A stretch of 64,000 nt of DNA from positions 74,593 through 138,592 of the forward strand of contig JANOYY010000037.1 in the NCBI GenBank assembly GCA_031429095.1, written 5' to 3'. This document shows, piece after piece, positions 25,527 through 34,901 of this stretch (position 1 is the stretch's first letter; each line of letters starts with the position of its first letter). Below the pieces are notes generated by a model that had not been told where the DNA came from, made no database searches, and was given only the letters and a program-made list of their open reading frames with translations. A program made the position numbers and the translations under genes. Source of the DNA: Acidimicrobiia bacterium (lineage in GTDB: Bacteria; Actinomycetota; Acidimicrobiia; Acidimicrobiales; JANYDT01).

Positions 25527-27179
25527 TTGAGCACTACGCCGCAGCAAGAGCCCGATTATGAGCCCGATTATGAGCCCGATTATGAGGTCGTCGTTATAGG
25601 TGCCGGTGTCGGCGGCATCTACCAGATCAAGCGACTCGTGGACCTCGGTATCAAGTCGATTGTGCTTGAGCGAGGTGAAGAACTGGGTGGCACCTGGTAC
25701 TGGAATCGGTATCCGGGCGCTCGCTTCGACTCCGAGAGCTACACCTACGGGTACTCCTTCTCCAAGGAGGTCCTCAATGAGTGGCACTGGACAGAACGAT
25801 TCTCCGGACAACCCGAGAATCTTCGCTACCTGAACTTCGTTGCCGACAAGTTCGCGCTACGCGAGCACATGCAGTTCAATGTGAGTGTCGAGACGATGAG
25901 GTTCGACGAAGAGCGCGACCTCTGGCACTTGACGCTGAGCGACCGCTGTTCCATGACCTGTCGATTCGTTGTCACGGCGATTGGGCCGCTGTCCGCGCCG
26001 ACGCCGCCTCGCTTGGAGGGTTCCGAAACGTTTCAGGGTCAAGCGTTTCACACCTTCCACTGGCCGAAAGAACCCGTAGAACTCACCGGCAAACGCGTGG
26101 CCGTGATCGGTACCGGAGCGACAGGCATTCAAGTGATTGCCGAGATTGCCGACAAGGTTGGTGACCTTACCGTGTTTCAGCGCCGCCCAAACTGGAGCGC
26201 ACCCTTGAACAATGGGCCGATTTCTGTTGAGGAGATGGCCGACATTCGTTCGCGCTACGACGAGATTTTTGCCAAGTGTGCACGCACACCGGGGAGTTTC
26301 GAACACGAACCGGATCGACGTGGATTCTGGAACGTGACTCGTGAAGAGCGAGTCGCACTTTGGGATCGGCTGTACGACGAACCCGGATTCGGAATCTGGC
26401 TCCAGAACTTCCTGGAGATTTTCACCGATGAGGCAGCAAATGCCGAGTTCTCCGACTACATCGCCGATCGGATCCGTGCCCGGGTGCACGATCGTGCTCT
26501 TGCAGAAAAGCTGATCCCGCGTGATCACGGATTCGGGGTCCAACGCCTCCCGTTGGAGTCGAAATACTTTGAGGCCTACAACCGCGACAACGTCCACCTC
26601 GTTGATATCTCGCAGACTCCGATCGTGCGGATGACGCCGACCGGGATCGAGACGTCGGAGGAACACTTTGCGGTCGACCTCGTGATCTATGCGACCGGAT
26701 TCGATGCCATGACCGGTGGCTACGACCGGATGAACATCACTGGTGTCGGTGGCGTGACCCTTCGCGAAGCGTGGAGCACGGGACCAGACACCTACCTCGG
26801 GATGCTCGTCAGCGGATTCCCAAACATGCTTATGGTGGCGGGTCCGCAAAGTGGATCGAGTTCGGCGAACTTTCCTCGCACCATCGAAGTTGGTGTCGAC
26901 TGGATCACCGACCTTCTGGTCTACACACGCGAGCGGGGCATGACCCGGCTTGAGGCGTCGCCCGAAGCGCAGAAGCAGTGGAGCGAGCACGTTGCCATGC
27001 TGTACCAGGCGATGCTGATGCGAAACGCTCGAAGCTGGTTCACCGGATACAACTCCAATGTCGAGGGCCACGAGCAGGGCACGATCCGCCATTTCGTCTA
27101 CAACGGCGGCGCGCCGAAGTACAACGCACGAGTTGCGTCGGTCGCCCGCAATGACTATGAGGGCATCACCTTCGCCTGA
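25527..27179 (+). CDS. Baeyer-Villiger (type I flavin) monooxygenase
   Basis: It has two Rossmann motifs ('GAGVGG', 'GTGATG') and the BVMO fingerprint FxGxxxHxxxWP ('FQGQAFHTFHWP'). The TTG start is preceded by GAGGTG. Confidence 0.85.
   Translation: MSTTPQQEPDYEPDYEPDYEVVVIGAGVGGIYQIKRLVDLGIKSIVLERGEELGGTWYWNRYPGARFDSESYTYGYSFSKEVLNEWHWTERFSGQPENLRYLNFVADKFALREHMQFNVSVETMRFDEERDLWHLTLSDRCSMTCRFVVTAIGPLSAPTPPRLEGSETFQGQAFHTFHWPKEPVELTGKRVAVIGTGATGIQVIAEIADKVGDLTVFQRRPNWSAPLNNGPISVEEMADIRSRYDEIFAKCARTPGSFEHEPDRRGFWNVTREERVALWDRLYDEPGFGIWLQNFLEIFTDEAANAEFSDYIADRIRARVHDRALAEKLIPRDHGFGVQRLPLESKYFEAYNRDNVHLVDISQTPIVRMTPTGIETSEEHFAVDLVIYATGFDAMTGGYDRMNITGVGGVTLREAWSTGPDTYLGMLVSGFPNMLMVAGPQSGSSSANFPRTIEVGVDWITDLLVYTRERGMTRLEASPEAQKQWSEHVAMLYQAMLMRNARSWFTGYNSNVEGHEQGTIRHFVYNGGAPKYNARVASVARNDYEGITFA
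25548..25583 (+). repeat. Perfect 12-bp x3 tandem repeat GAGCCCGATTAT (encodes EPDY x3) at the BVMO N-terminus
   Basis: It is read directly from the sequence and is in frame, immediately before the first Rossmann motif. Confidence 0.95.
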
Positions 27180-27187
27180 TCGAGCGC

Positions 27188-27955
27188 TCAGCTTCCCGAC
27201 CAATTTGGGGCGCGCTTCTCTGCGAAGGCTCGCGGGCCTTCCTTTGCATCGTTCGACGTGAACACCTTGCCCATGAACGGACCCTGCAGCTTCCAGAACT
27301 CTTCTTCGGTGGCGTCGAGGCTCATTCGCACAAGTTGCTTCGACGCCGCAACGCCGAGGGGTGCGTTCTTCGCGATCCGAGCCGCCAATTGGAGGGCGGT
27401 ATCAAGCGCCTGCCCCTTCTCGCTGACGCGGGCGATCAGACCGTAGGCATGGGCTTGCTCTGCAGTGATCGGGTCGGCGGTGAGCGCAAGCTCCATGGCG
27501 ACGCCGTAGGGCAGGACTCGGGGCAGGCGAAGCAGTCCACCGCCAGCCGCAAAGAGACCGACCCCAACCTCGGGAATGCCGATCTTGACACCGGCAGCAG
27601 CGACGAGAAGATCGCAGGCCAGTGCAAGTTCGAGTCCTCCCGCAAGTGCGAATCCCTCGATCGCTGCAATCAATGGCTTCTGCGACCCTTTCCGAATGAA
27701 CTCGTCCATGCCGACGGGTCCACCTTCGGTGGCGAAGGCCTTGAGGTCCATTCCTGCGCAGAAGCCTCGTCCCGAACCAGTAAGTATTCCTACGGTTAGG
27801 TTCGCGTCGTCGTCGAGCTGTTTGACCGCCGCCAACAAACCCTGCGCCAACGCCGTGTTGATCGCGTTCATTGCCTCGGGTCGGTTCAACGTAATGATCA
27901 GGACGCGCCCTCGTACTTCGGTGAGAACGGCGGGCGCAGCGGCAGTGTCTGACAT
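27188..27955 (-). CDS. Enoyl-CoA hydratase/isomerase (crotonase) family
   Basis: 'ITLNRPEAMNAIN', 'GSGRGFCAGMDLK' and 'IAAIEGFALAGGLELALACD' are present. The start is trimmed to ATG 27955. Confidence 0.85.
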   Translation of the reverse strand: MSDTAAAPAVLTEVRGRVLIITLNRPEAMNAINTALAQGLLAAVKQLDDDANLTVGILTGSGRGFCAGMDLKAFATEGGPVGMDEFIRKGSQKPLIAAIEGFALAGGLELALACDLLVAAAGVKIGIPEVGVGLFAAGGGLLRLPRVLPYGVAMELALTADPITAEQAHAYGLIARVSEKGQALDTALQLAARIAKNAPLGVAASKQLVRMSLDATEEEFWKLQGPFMGKVFTSNDAKEGPRAFAEKRAPNWSGS

Positions 27956-28092
27956 TGGAACTCCATTTGAGAGGGTAGAGCCACCATCGTGTTCGATATG
28001 TGGGCTATCCAGCAATTCTGGGACAGCGAGACTAGCGACCGGGTTCTTGTTCAGCTGGTCTCTGTGGCTCACGCGTGCCTAAACTCCGCGAC

Positions 28093-29208
28093 ATGTCTGC
28101 ATCTGCGATCAACCCGAGTGCCGTAAAGACCCTGATGGACCGTGCTCGTCGCGAGGTCGACAGCGGTCTCCTTCCCTCGGCGCAGGTCGCGCTTGCGTAT
28201 CAGGGCGAACTTGTTGCCTTTGAGACGTTTGGTGACGCCACGAACGATACGCGCTACGTCGTGTATTCGGCGACGAAAGCATTTGTTGCTGGCGCGATGT
28301 GGGCATTGATCGGCGATGGTTTGGTTGACGTGTCGAAGCGGGTCGTGGACTACGTACCGGAGTTCGCAACGCATGGCAAAGACGTGATCACCGTTGAACA
28401 GGTCATGTTGCACACGTCGGGATTTCCGATGGCCCCTCTGGGCGCGGTTACGGGAAGCACCAGCGCCGGACGGGTCGCAGCGTTTGAGAAGTGGCGCCTG
28501 AACCACGAGCCCGGCAAGGTGTATCAGTATCACGCAACGTCGGCCCACTGGGTCTTGGCGGAGATCATCGAGCGCGTCACGGGGAAAGACTTTCGTGACG
28601 TCGTTGAGGAGCGGGTGACGACGCCCGCAGGGTTGGAGCGCGCGGTCGGCAACGTGAAGCACCGAGCCGCTGAGCTGGTTGTGGTCGGCGACCATGCCAC
28701 CCCGGATGAACTGCTTGCCACCTTCGGAGTGTCGAGTCTTGATGTCGGTGAGGTCACCAACGATGCGCTGCTTGCGTTCAACGACCTGGCCGCGCAGGCC
28801 GTTGGCGTCCCGGGCGGTGGTGGCGTTATGCGCGCATGTGATCTCGCGATGTTCTATCAAGCAGTGCTCCACAATCCCGGTGGAATGTGGAACGCCGATG
28901 TCCTCTACGACGTCAAGACGAACGTGCGCAACCATCTGCCCGACATCATGACGGGCGTACCGGCCAACCGAACCCTTGGCCTGTTGCAGGCGGGCGACGA
29001 CGGAAAGTCGAACTTCCGGGGCATGGGCCGCTCAGTATCGCCTCTGGCGGTGGGCCACAACGGGGCGAAAGGCCAGATCGCGTTTGGCGATCCCGTGTCC
29101 GGGTTGAGCTTTGGCTATTGCACGAACGGCCTCGATGCCAACGAGGTGCGCGAGCCCCGACGCACGACCGCTATCGCCAGCTATGCGGCGGTGTGTACGC
29201 AGCCGTAG
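28093..29208 (+). CDS. Serine hydrolase of the beta-lactamase/esterase (class C-related) family
   Basis: The SxxK motif 'YSATKAF' sits near the N-terminus and size and composition fit the family. Start at ATG 28093; GTG 28075 is also possible. Confidence 0.8.
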   Translation: MSASAINPSAVKTLMDRARREVDSGLLPSAQVALAYQGELVAFETFGDATNDTRYVVYSATKAFVAGAMWALIGDGLVDVSKRVVDYVPEFATHGKDVITVEQVMLHTSGFPMAPLGAVTGSTSAGRVAAFEKWRLNHEPGKVYQYHATSAHWVLAEIIERVTGKDFRDVVEERVTTPAGLERAVGNVKHRAAELVVVGDHATPDELLATFGVSSLDVGEVTNDALLAFNDLAAQAVGVPGGGGVMRACDLAMFYQAVLHNPGGMWNADVLYDVKTNVRNHLPDIMTGVPANRTLGLLQAGDDGKSNFRGMGRSVSPLAVGHNGAKGQIAFGDPVSGLSFGYCTNGLDANEVREPRRTTAIASYAAVCTQP

Positions 29209-29302
29209 CTCGTTGTGCGCCGGGGGCGGCAGCCTCGCGTGATTGTGCACGGTGTTGCTTACGGAGCAACACAGTGCACAACAACGGAAAGATTCTCAGG
29301 CG

Positions 29303-30364
29303 TCACCCGAAATAGCTGGTAATCACCTCCGATGCCCGTTCGATGTCGGCGTCGGTGATGTCGAGGTGGGTCACGAATCGCAGACGGTAAAGGCCGGTGG
29401 AAAGGATTGCGTTCGCTTCGAGGTGCGGAAGAAATCCGGCCGCCTTTTCTTTCGCTGGCCCATGAAGCTCAACGAAGATGATGTTGCTGTGAATCGGATC
29501 GAGAACCGCGCCCTCGATCCCGGCCAAGGCGGCGCCAAGTTGTTTCGCACGTCGGTGGTCGTCGGCCAGACGGGCCACGTGGTTGTCGAGCGCGTACGTT
29601 GCCGCTGACGCAAGAACTCCGGCTTGTCGCATGCCCCCGCCAGCCATCTTCCGAATGCGATGGGCGTTGGCGATCAGGTCCCTTGAGCCACACAGTGCTG
29701 AGCCAACCGGTGCGCCAAGGCCCTTGCTGAAACAGACGCTGACCGAATCGAAGCAACCCGCAATTCGGCGCGCTTCGGTAAGTGCACGTAGTGATGATTC
29801 GCCCTCGGCCAATTGGGCCTGTGCGACGGCGGCGTTGAACAACCGGGCACCGTCGAGGTGAGTGCTGAGCCCGTGCGATTTGGCGAGCGACGTGGCCTCC
29901 CTTACGTACTCGAACGGGAGGAGCTTTCCGCCGATTGTGTTCTCCAAGCACAACAGTCGCGTGATCGCGAAGTGAGCGTCGTCGGGCTTTATCGAGGCTT
30001 CGATCTCGGCAAGGGGAAGGCTCCCATCGGCGGCATTCACTATCGGCTGCGGTTGCACACTTCCCAGCACCGCAGCGCCGCCGCCCTCCCACCGGTACGT
30101 GTGCGCGTGTTGCCCAACGATGTACTCGTCGCCGCGTCGGCAGTGCGAAAGGATGCCACAGAGGTTGCTTTGGGTGCCGGTCGGTGCAAACAACGCCGCC
30201 TCGAAACCGAGAATCGACGCGATTTTGTCTTGGAGCTCGTTCACCGAGGGATCGTCGCCGAACACGTCGTCGCCCAACGGCGCCCGCATCATCGCCTCGC
30301 GCATTTCAGGGGTCGGCCGGGTAACGGTGTCACTACGAAGATCGACGACGCGGTTCATGACCAT
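29303..30364 (-). CDS. ltaE: Low-specificity L-threonine aldolase (PLP dependent)
   Basis: 'DLRSDTVTRPTPEMREAM...GDDVFGDDPSVNELQ' and 'TGTQSNL' are typical of LtaE. Confidence 0.85.
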   Translation of the reverse strand: MVMNRVVDLRSDTVTRPTPEMREAMMRAPLGDDVFGDDPSVNELQDKIASILGFEAALFAPTGTQSNLCGILSHCRRGDEYIVGQHAHTYRWEGGGAAVLGSVQPQPIVNAADGSLPLAEIEASIKPDDAHFAITRLLCLENTIGGKLLPFEYVREATSLAKSHGLSTHLDGARLFNAAVAQAQLAEGESSLRALTEARRIAGCFDSVSVCFSKGLGAPVGSALCGSRDLIANAHRIRKMAGGGMRQAGVLASAATYALDNHVARLADDHRRAKQLGAALAGIEGAVLDPIHSNIIFVELHGPAKEKAAGFLPHLEANAILSTGLYRLRFVTHLDITDADIERASEVITSYFG

Positions 30365-30515
30365 GAGTCAATCACGCGGGTGATGCGGCCTCGGGCGAGT
30401 TGACGGCACAGTTTGAGTGGACGTTGTCGCCCACGACGACATTCATCCCCTGAGATGGGTGATTGTGCGTGCCTTTGGCGAAACACTAACTTCGCCGTTC
30501 GGCCACAATCATTGA

Positions 30516-31961
30516 GTGTCATTTTCGAAACCGCATTCTGAAGTGGTGTCGCCCAGGCGGGTTGTGGTCATGTGGTTTCGTCGAGATCTCCGGATCGAAG
30601 CAAATCCGGCATTCGACGCCGCGCTTGGCCTAGCCCGGCAAACGTCGGCCGATGTCCTCCCTCTGTTTATCCTCGACCCCACGTTGATCGCCACCAGCGG
30701 GCCAAATCGCTTGGCCTTCCTTTACGACGCTCTTGGGTCATTGCGCTCGTCAGGACTTCCCCTTGTCGTGTGTGCGGGGAGTCCGTCTACCGTGTTCGAA
30801 CGGTTGTCGACTACATCTGATCTTCGTGACGTGTTTTGCGCGGACGAGTTCACCCCGTTCGGTATTTGGCGAGACCGGGGCATCGAAAAAGTTCTTTCTG
30901 AACGTGGAGCGAAACTTCATCGTCGGGGCAGCCCGTACGCAGTCAATCCGGGGGTGGTCCGAAAGGACGACGGGACACCGTTCAAGGTTTTCACCCCGTT
31001 CAAGCGGGTGTGGGAACGGAGCGCGGACGTATCCGCCTCTGACAACCGATGGACCGACTTTGCTTCCTTCTGCTGGGCAGATGGAGGCCCCGGGATCGAG
31101 CCGGTCCCGATTCCTCCACCGCCTGCGGCGGCATCAGTTCTTCCGAAAGCCTCGGAGGCTGCCGCACACGATCGTCTCGCACACTTCTTGGAGCATCATC
31201 TGTGTGCATATGATACGAATCGGAACGACCCTGCCGTCGATGCGACAAGTCGACTGTCTGCTGATCTGAAATTTGGTCTGTTGCATCCGTCGCAGATATT
31301 GCCGATGCTCGCCGGTGCGGGCCACGGCGCGGACGTCTTTCGCTCGGAACTGTGCTGGCGCGAGTTCTATGCCGACGTGCTTTATCACCGTCCAGATACT
31401 GTCAACGCCGCTTTCAACCCAATCATGGAACAGCTCGTCGTCGACACGGGGCCCATAGCTGATGAACGGTTCGATGCGTGGTGCCGAGGCGAAACGGGAT
31501 TTCCCTTTGTCGACGCCGGGATGCGCCAACTGCTGACCGAAGGGTGGATGCACAACCGTGTCCGGATGGTCACAGCAAGTTTTCTTGTCAAAGATCTTCA
31601 CCTCGACTGGCGTCGAGGTGCGGAGTGGTTCATGACCCATCTCGTCGATGGCGACATCGCTTCGAATCAGCACGGGTGGCAGTGGACCGCTGGAACGGGC
31701 ACCGACGCCTCACCGTATTACCGCGTGTTCAATCCCGTGACACAGGGAAAGAAGTTCGATCCGACCGGTGCGTACGTTCGCAAGTACGTTCCGGAGATCG
31801 CTGAGCTCGACGACAGCGTCATCCATGAACCGTGGGAGGCCAAGGGCGGTGGGTTGTTCGGCGGCGCTTCCAACTATCCAGCGCCGATCGTCGACCACGC
31901 AGCCGAGCGGCTCGAAGCGCTGGCCCGCCACGCCAAAACGAAAAAGACCCCGACCGCATAG
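30516..31961 (+). CDS. phr: Deoxyribodipyrimidine photolyase / cryptochrome family
   Basis: 'WFRRDLR', 'WREFY', 'TGFPFVDAGMRQL..GWMHNRVRM' and 'DGDIASNQHGWQW' are present. The start is uncertain (GTG 30516 to ATG 30570). Confidence 0.85.
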   Translation: MSFSKPHSEVVSPRRVVVMWFRRDLRIEANPAFDAALGLARQTSADVLPLFILDPTLIATSGPNRLAFLYDALGSLRSSGLPLVVCAGSPSTVFERLSTTSDLRDVFCADEFTPFGIWRDRGIEKVLSERGAKLHRRGSPYAVNPGVVRKDDGTPFKVFTPFKRVWERSADVSASDNRWTDFASFCWADGGPGIEPVPIPPPPAAASVLPKASEAAAHDRLAHFLEHHLCAYDTNRNDPAVDATSRLSADLKFGLLHPSQILPMLAGAGHGADVFRSELCWREFYADVLYHRPDTVNAAFNPIMEQLVVDTGPIADERFDAWCRGETGFPFVDAGMRQLLTEGWMHNRVRMVTASFLVKDLHLDWRRGAEWFMTHLVDGDIASNQHGWQWTAGTGTDASPYYRVFNPVTQGKKFDPTGAYVRKYVPEIAELDDSVIHEPWEAKGGGLFGGASNYPAPIVDHAAERLEALARHAKTKKTPTA

Positions 31962-32006
31962 TTCGGTGAGTGTGAGTTGCGAACCGGGGGGAGGCGAGCT
32001 GGCTCT

Positions 32007-32040
32007 CCACCCGTGACCACGAGGGCCACCCGTGACCACG
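32007..32040. repeat. 15-bp direct repeat CCACCCGTGACCACG x2 (4-nt spacer) between convergent photolyase and ABC-2 permease genes
   Basis: The copies are 32007-32021 and 32026-32040. Each contains the small palindrome CCCGTG/CACGGG. Confidence 0.9.
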
Positions 32041-32056
32041 GGAGAAAGAAGGACGC

Positions 32057-32857
32057 CTAAATCTTCTTGAGGCCCCGGTCGGCGAAGAGGCCGAGGAATA
32101 GGCCCATGGCGACGATTGCGAGCAACCCGGGCCATGTGTCTTGCCATGTGACCGAGCCGAGGAAACCTTGTCGCCCGAGACGCAGAATGTTCGTTGCCGG
32201 ATTTACTCGGGCGAAGGAGTGCAGCCAGCCGCTCAGCCCGCTCATCGGCACTTGCGTAGCCGACAAAAACACGAGCACGAACACCCCGAGCTGCATCAGC
32301 GGAGCGGCGGCCATGGACTTGAACCGATAGGCGAGGCCCATTCCCCATAGCGAACCGACAACTGACGTGCCGACGCCGGCGATGAGAAGACACAACACAC
32401 CGAGGAATCCTCCGGGTATGGACATGTCGCCGATGAAGCCGAGAATCATCACGAGCACGAAGGGGAGGAGTGCTCGTAGCGCGGCGGTGACAATGGTCGA
32501 GATAAGCAATGCACGCCTATGGATTGGCGCCGATACCAAGCGATCGATGATTCCCGTTTCGAAGTCACGAATGGCGCCGAAGGCAAGGAACACCCCACCG
32601 AACGCTCCGCCTTGCATGACGTTGAGCGGTACATACCAGTTCAGGGCATTGAGCGTCGGGTAGTAGGCCCGGATCGCCTCACCGTAGAGCGACGAAAAGG
32701 CGATCGTGCCAAAGACCGGGAAAATCAGCGAGGGGACGAGCGCCGAAGGCAATCGCCAAATACTCAACAGGTTGCGGCGTACCAGTGCGAATGTCGTTTG
32801 CAGAATTTTCGGGCTGGCGACATGGTCGGCGAACCCGGTGGCTTCAAGCGGGCTCAT
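32057..32857 (-). CDS. ABC-2 type exporter permease
   Basis: This six-helix ABC-2 type membrane protein starts at ATG 32857, overlapping the upstream permease stop (ATGA). Confidence 0.75.
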   Translation of the reverse strand: MSPLEATGFADHVASPKILQTTFALVRRNLLSIWRLPSALVPSLIFPVFGTIAFSSLYGEAIRAYYPTLNALNWYVPLNVMQGGAFGGVFLAFGAIRDFETGIIDRLVSAPIHRRALLISTIVTAALRALLPFVLVMILGFIGDMSIPGGFLGVLCLLIAGVGTSVVGSLWGMGLAYRFKSMAAAPLMQLGVFVLVFLSATQVPMSGLSGWLHSFARVNPATNILRLGRQGFLGSVTWQDTWPGLLAIVAMGLFLGLFADRGLKKI

Positions 32858-33678
32858 TTGTCTTCCAGTCTCTGTTGCAGTGCGACAAGGGCCAATCCGA
32901 ATGTCAGAAGCGCCATGACCAGTGGAATGGCAAGTGCCCGAAAGGCCGCGCCGGTCGACCAACCATTGATGATAAGTTCACGTAGTGCTTCGACTACCTT
33001 CGAAATTGGGTTCCACTTCGCCACAGTTTTGAATGCTCCCTTGATAAGTTCGATCGGGAAGAAGGCCGATGACGCAAACAGGAGCAGGAAGACGATCGGG
33101 AATGTGCTCTGCACCGCTTCTGCCGAACCGGTTTTGATGGCGATCGCGCTGAGCAGCCCGCCGAAGGCCAGCGCCAACAGGCCCGACGACACAAGCAATA
33201 CGACAAATGCGCCGATCCCCCCGGCGAGTCGCGCTCCGAAGATCATCAACAGCAGTGTGAACACTGCGCCCTGCACGATGCCGAGGAGCGTCGAACCGGC
33301 GAGGCGGGAAACGAGGATCGCCGGTCGACTCATCGGTGATGCGATCATTCGTTCAAAGAAACCCTGTTCGATATCCGTAGCAAGATCCGTTGCACCAGCC
33401 ACGCATCCAAACAGCACACCCTGCACGACGGTTGCGGCCAGGGTGAAGGTGAGGAACGAAGTCAACTTTGGGTACGCCGATCTTTGAAGCAACGGGAGAA
33501 GTTTGTTGAAACTCGCCGTGTTGATCGCCACAAAGAAGAGCGGAAAGATGATCGAAGGCACAAGCAGCGGCAGTTGGCGGATCGACCCGTTGATCGCCCG
33601 CTTGGACAACGCCAGGAATTGTGCCACCGGTCTCGGGTTGAGTTCGGTGACCTGAACTGGCGACACGGGGGCGGTCAT
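32854..33678 (-). CDS. ABC-2 type exporter permease (second subunit)
   Basis: It is a paralogous six-helix ABC-2 permease with an ATGA overlap with the ATPase gene. Confidence 0.75.
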   Translation of the reverse strand: MTAPVSPVQVTELNPRPVAQFLALSKRAINGSIRQLPLLVPSIIFPLFFVAINTASFNKLLPLLQRSAYPKLTSFLTFTLAATVVQGVLFGCVAGATDLATDIEQGFFERMIASPMSRPAILVSRLAGSTLLGIVQGAVFTLLLMIFGARLAGGIGAFVVLLVSSGLLALAFGGLLSAIAIKTGSAEAVQSTFPIVFLLLFASSAFFPIELIKGAFKTVAKWNPISKVVEALRELIINGWSTGAAFRALAIPLVMALLTFGLALVALQQRLEDK

Positions 33679-34706
33679 TGTTTTGCCTCCGCATCCGATT
33701 TGGCGCCCTTGCCTCGACCGCGTTTGGCCCCCGGCTTGGGATCGGCAGTTGCTCCCTTGTCTGCGCCGGCCCCTTCAAGGCGGTGGCCCGTCGCTTCAGC
33801 GAAGACGTCGTCGAGGCTGGGTGCGCTGAGCTGAAGTTGGAGCAGCGGGATCGACGCTTCGTCGAGCGCTCGAACAACGTCGGCCACGGCACCCGCGCCC
33901 CCGCGAAGACCGACACCGAGCTGACCTTCCGCGCCTGGCCGCGAATCTCCGAACGTCCTCAAGACTTCCTGCGCATCGAGTTCTCTCCCCTTCGGAACTT
34001 CAACGAAAACGGTCGGCGATCCCACGGCTTCCTTGAGCGCTTTCGGAGCACCCTCGCGAACGATGAGTCCCCCGTCGATGATGGCAATGCGATCAGCAAG
34101 CTGATCGGCCTCCTCAAGATACTGAGTCGTGAGGAGAACCGTCGTGCCTTCGGCGTTGAGCCGCTTCACCTCTTCCCACAGCGAAAGGCGACTCATCGGA
34201 TCAAGGCCGGTGGTTGGCTCGTCGAGGAACAGCACGCTGGGGGAGTGGACCAGGGACAGTGCGAGATCAAGGCGCCGACGCATGCCGCCGGAGTAGGTGC
34301 CGACCCGGCGGTCTTTTGCCGCGACGAGCCCGACTCGTTCGAGAAGTTCGGTTGCACGCACTTTGCCGCGCTCTTTGGCGAGACCGTAGAGGACGCACTG
34401 AAGCGCGAGCAGTTCGCTGCCCGTCATCAGTGGATCAATGGCCGCATCTTGAAGCGCCACGCCGATTCGTTTCCGGACGTCATCGGCCTGCGATACAACA
34501 TCGAAACCGGCGACGCTGGCTGAGCCCGAAGTTGGCTTGAGCAAGGTAGTAAGCATGCGGACGGTGGTTGATTTTCCGGCGCCGTTCGGTCCGAGGAAGC
34601 CGAAGATCTCACCCTGTTGCACCTCTAGGTCGACGCCGCGGACCGCTTCGATGTCGCCAAACTTGCGCACTAACCCGTTCGCGATGATGGGAGGTTGTGA
34701 ATTCAT
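33675..34706 (-). CDS. ABC transporter ATP-binding protein (DrrA-like) with Gly/Ala/Lys-rich C-terminal tail
   Basis: Walker A 'GPNGAGKST', signature 'YSGGMRRRL' and Walker B 'LFLDEPT' are present. Confidence 0.9.
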   Translation of the reverse strand: MNSQPPIIANGLVRKFGDIEAVRGVDLEVQQGEIFGFLGPNGAGKSTTVRMLTTLLKPTSGSASVAGFDVVSQADDVRKRIGVALQDAAIDPLMTGSELLALQCVLYGLAKERGKVRATELLERVGLVAAKDRRVGTYSGGMRRRLDLALSLVHSPSVLFLDEPTTGLDPMSRLSLWEEVKRLNAEGTTVLLTTQYLEEADQLADRIAIIDGGLIVREGAPKALKEAVGSPTVFVEVPKGRELDAQEVLRTFGDSRPGAEGQLGVGLRGGAGAVADVVRALDEASIPLLQLQLSAPSLDDVFAEATGHRLEGAGADKGATADPKPGAKRGRGKGAKSDAEAKQ

Positions 34707-34901
34707 TTCGTTCCAAACTAGCCGGGTCAGGTCAATAGACGACGTCGGATTGCATCGGTCGCTGCAGTCGTCCGGGGCGGGGCCAGGGCACTCATCAGGG
34801 GCGTAGCGGCTTCATATGCGCACTGAATTGTTCGATCGCACCCTGAACAACTGGGCATTGACAGGTTTCACCCCCGGTTACGAGTACGTTCTGCGTCAGC
34901 T

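Noticed and set aside
25857-27203. A 448-aa minus-strand ORF.
   Set aside because: It lies entirely antisense to the BVMO gene, which has unambiguous Rossmann and BVMO fingerprints. No domain is recognisable.
34858-34890. TTGACA hexamer (34858-34863) as the -35 of a promoter for the MenC-like gene. Similarly TTGACT (13575-13580) for hup.
   Set aside because: No acceptable -10 (TANNNT) lies at 16-19 nt spacing. The nearest, TACGTT at 34885, is 21 nt away. The support is too weak to list as a feature.
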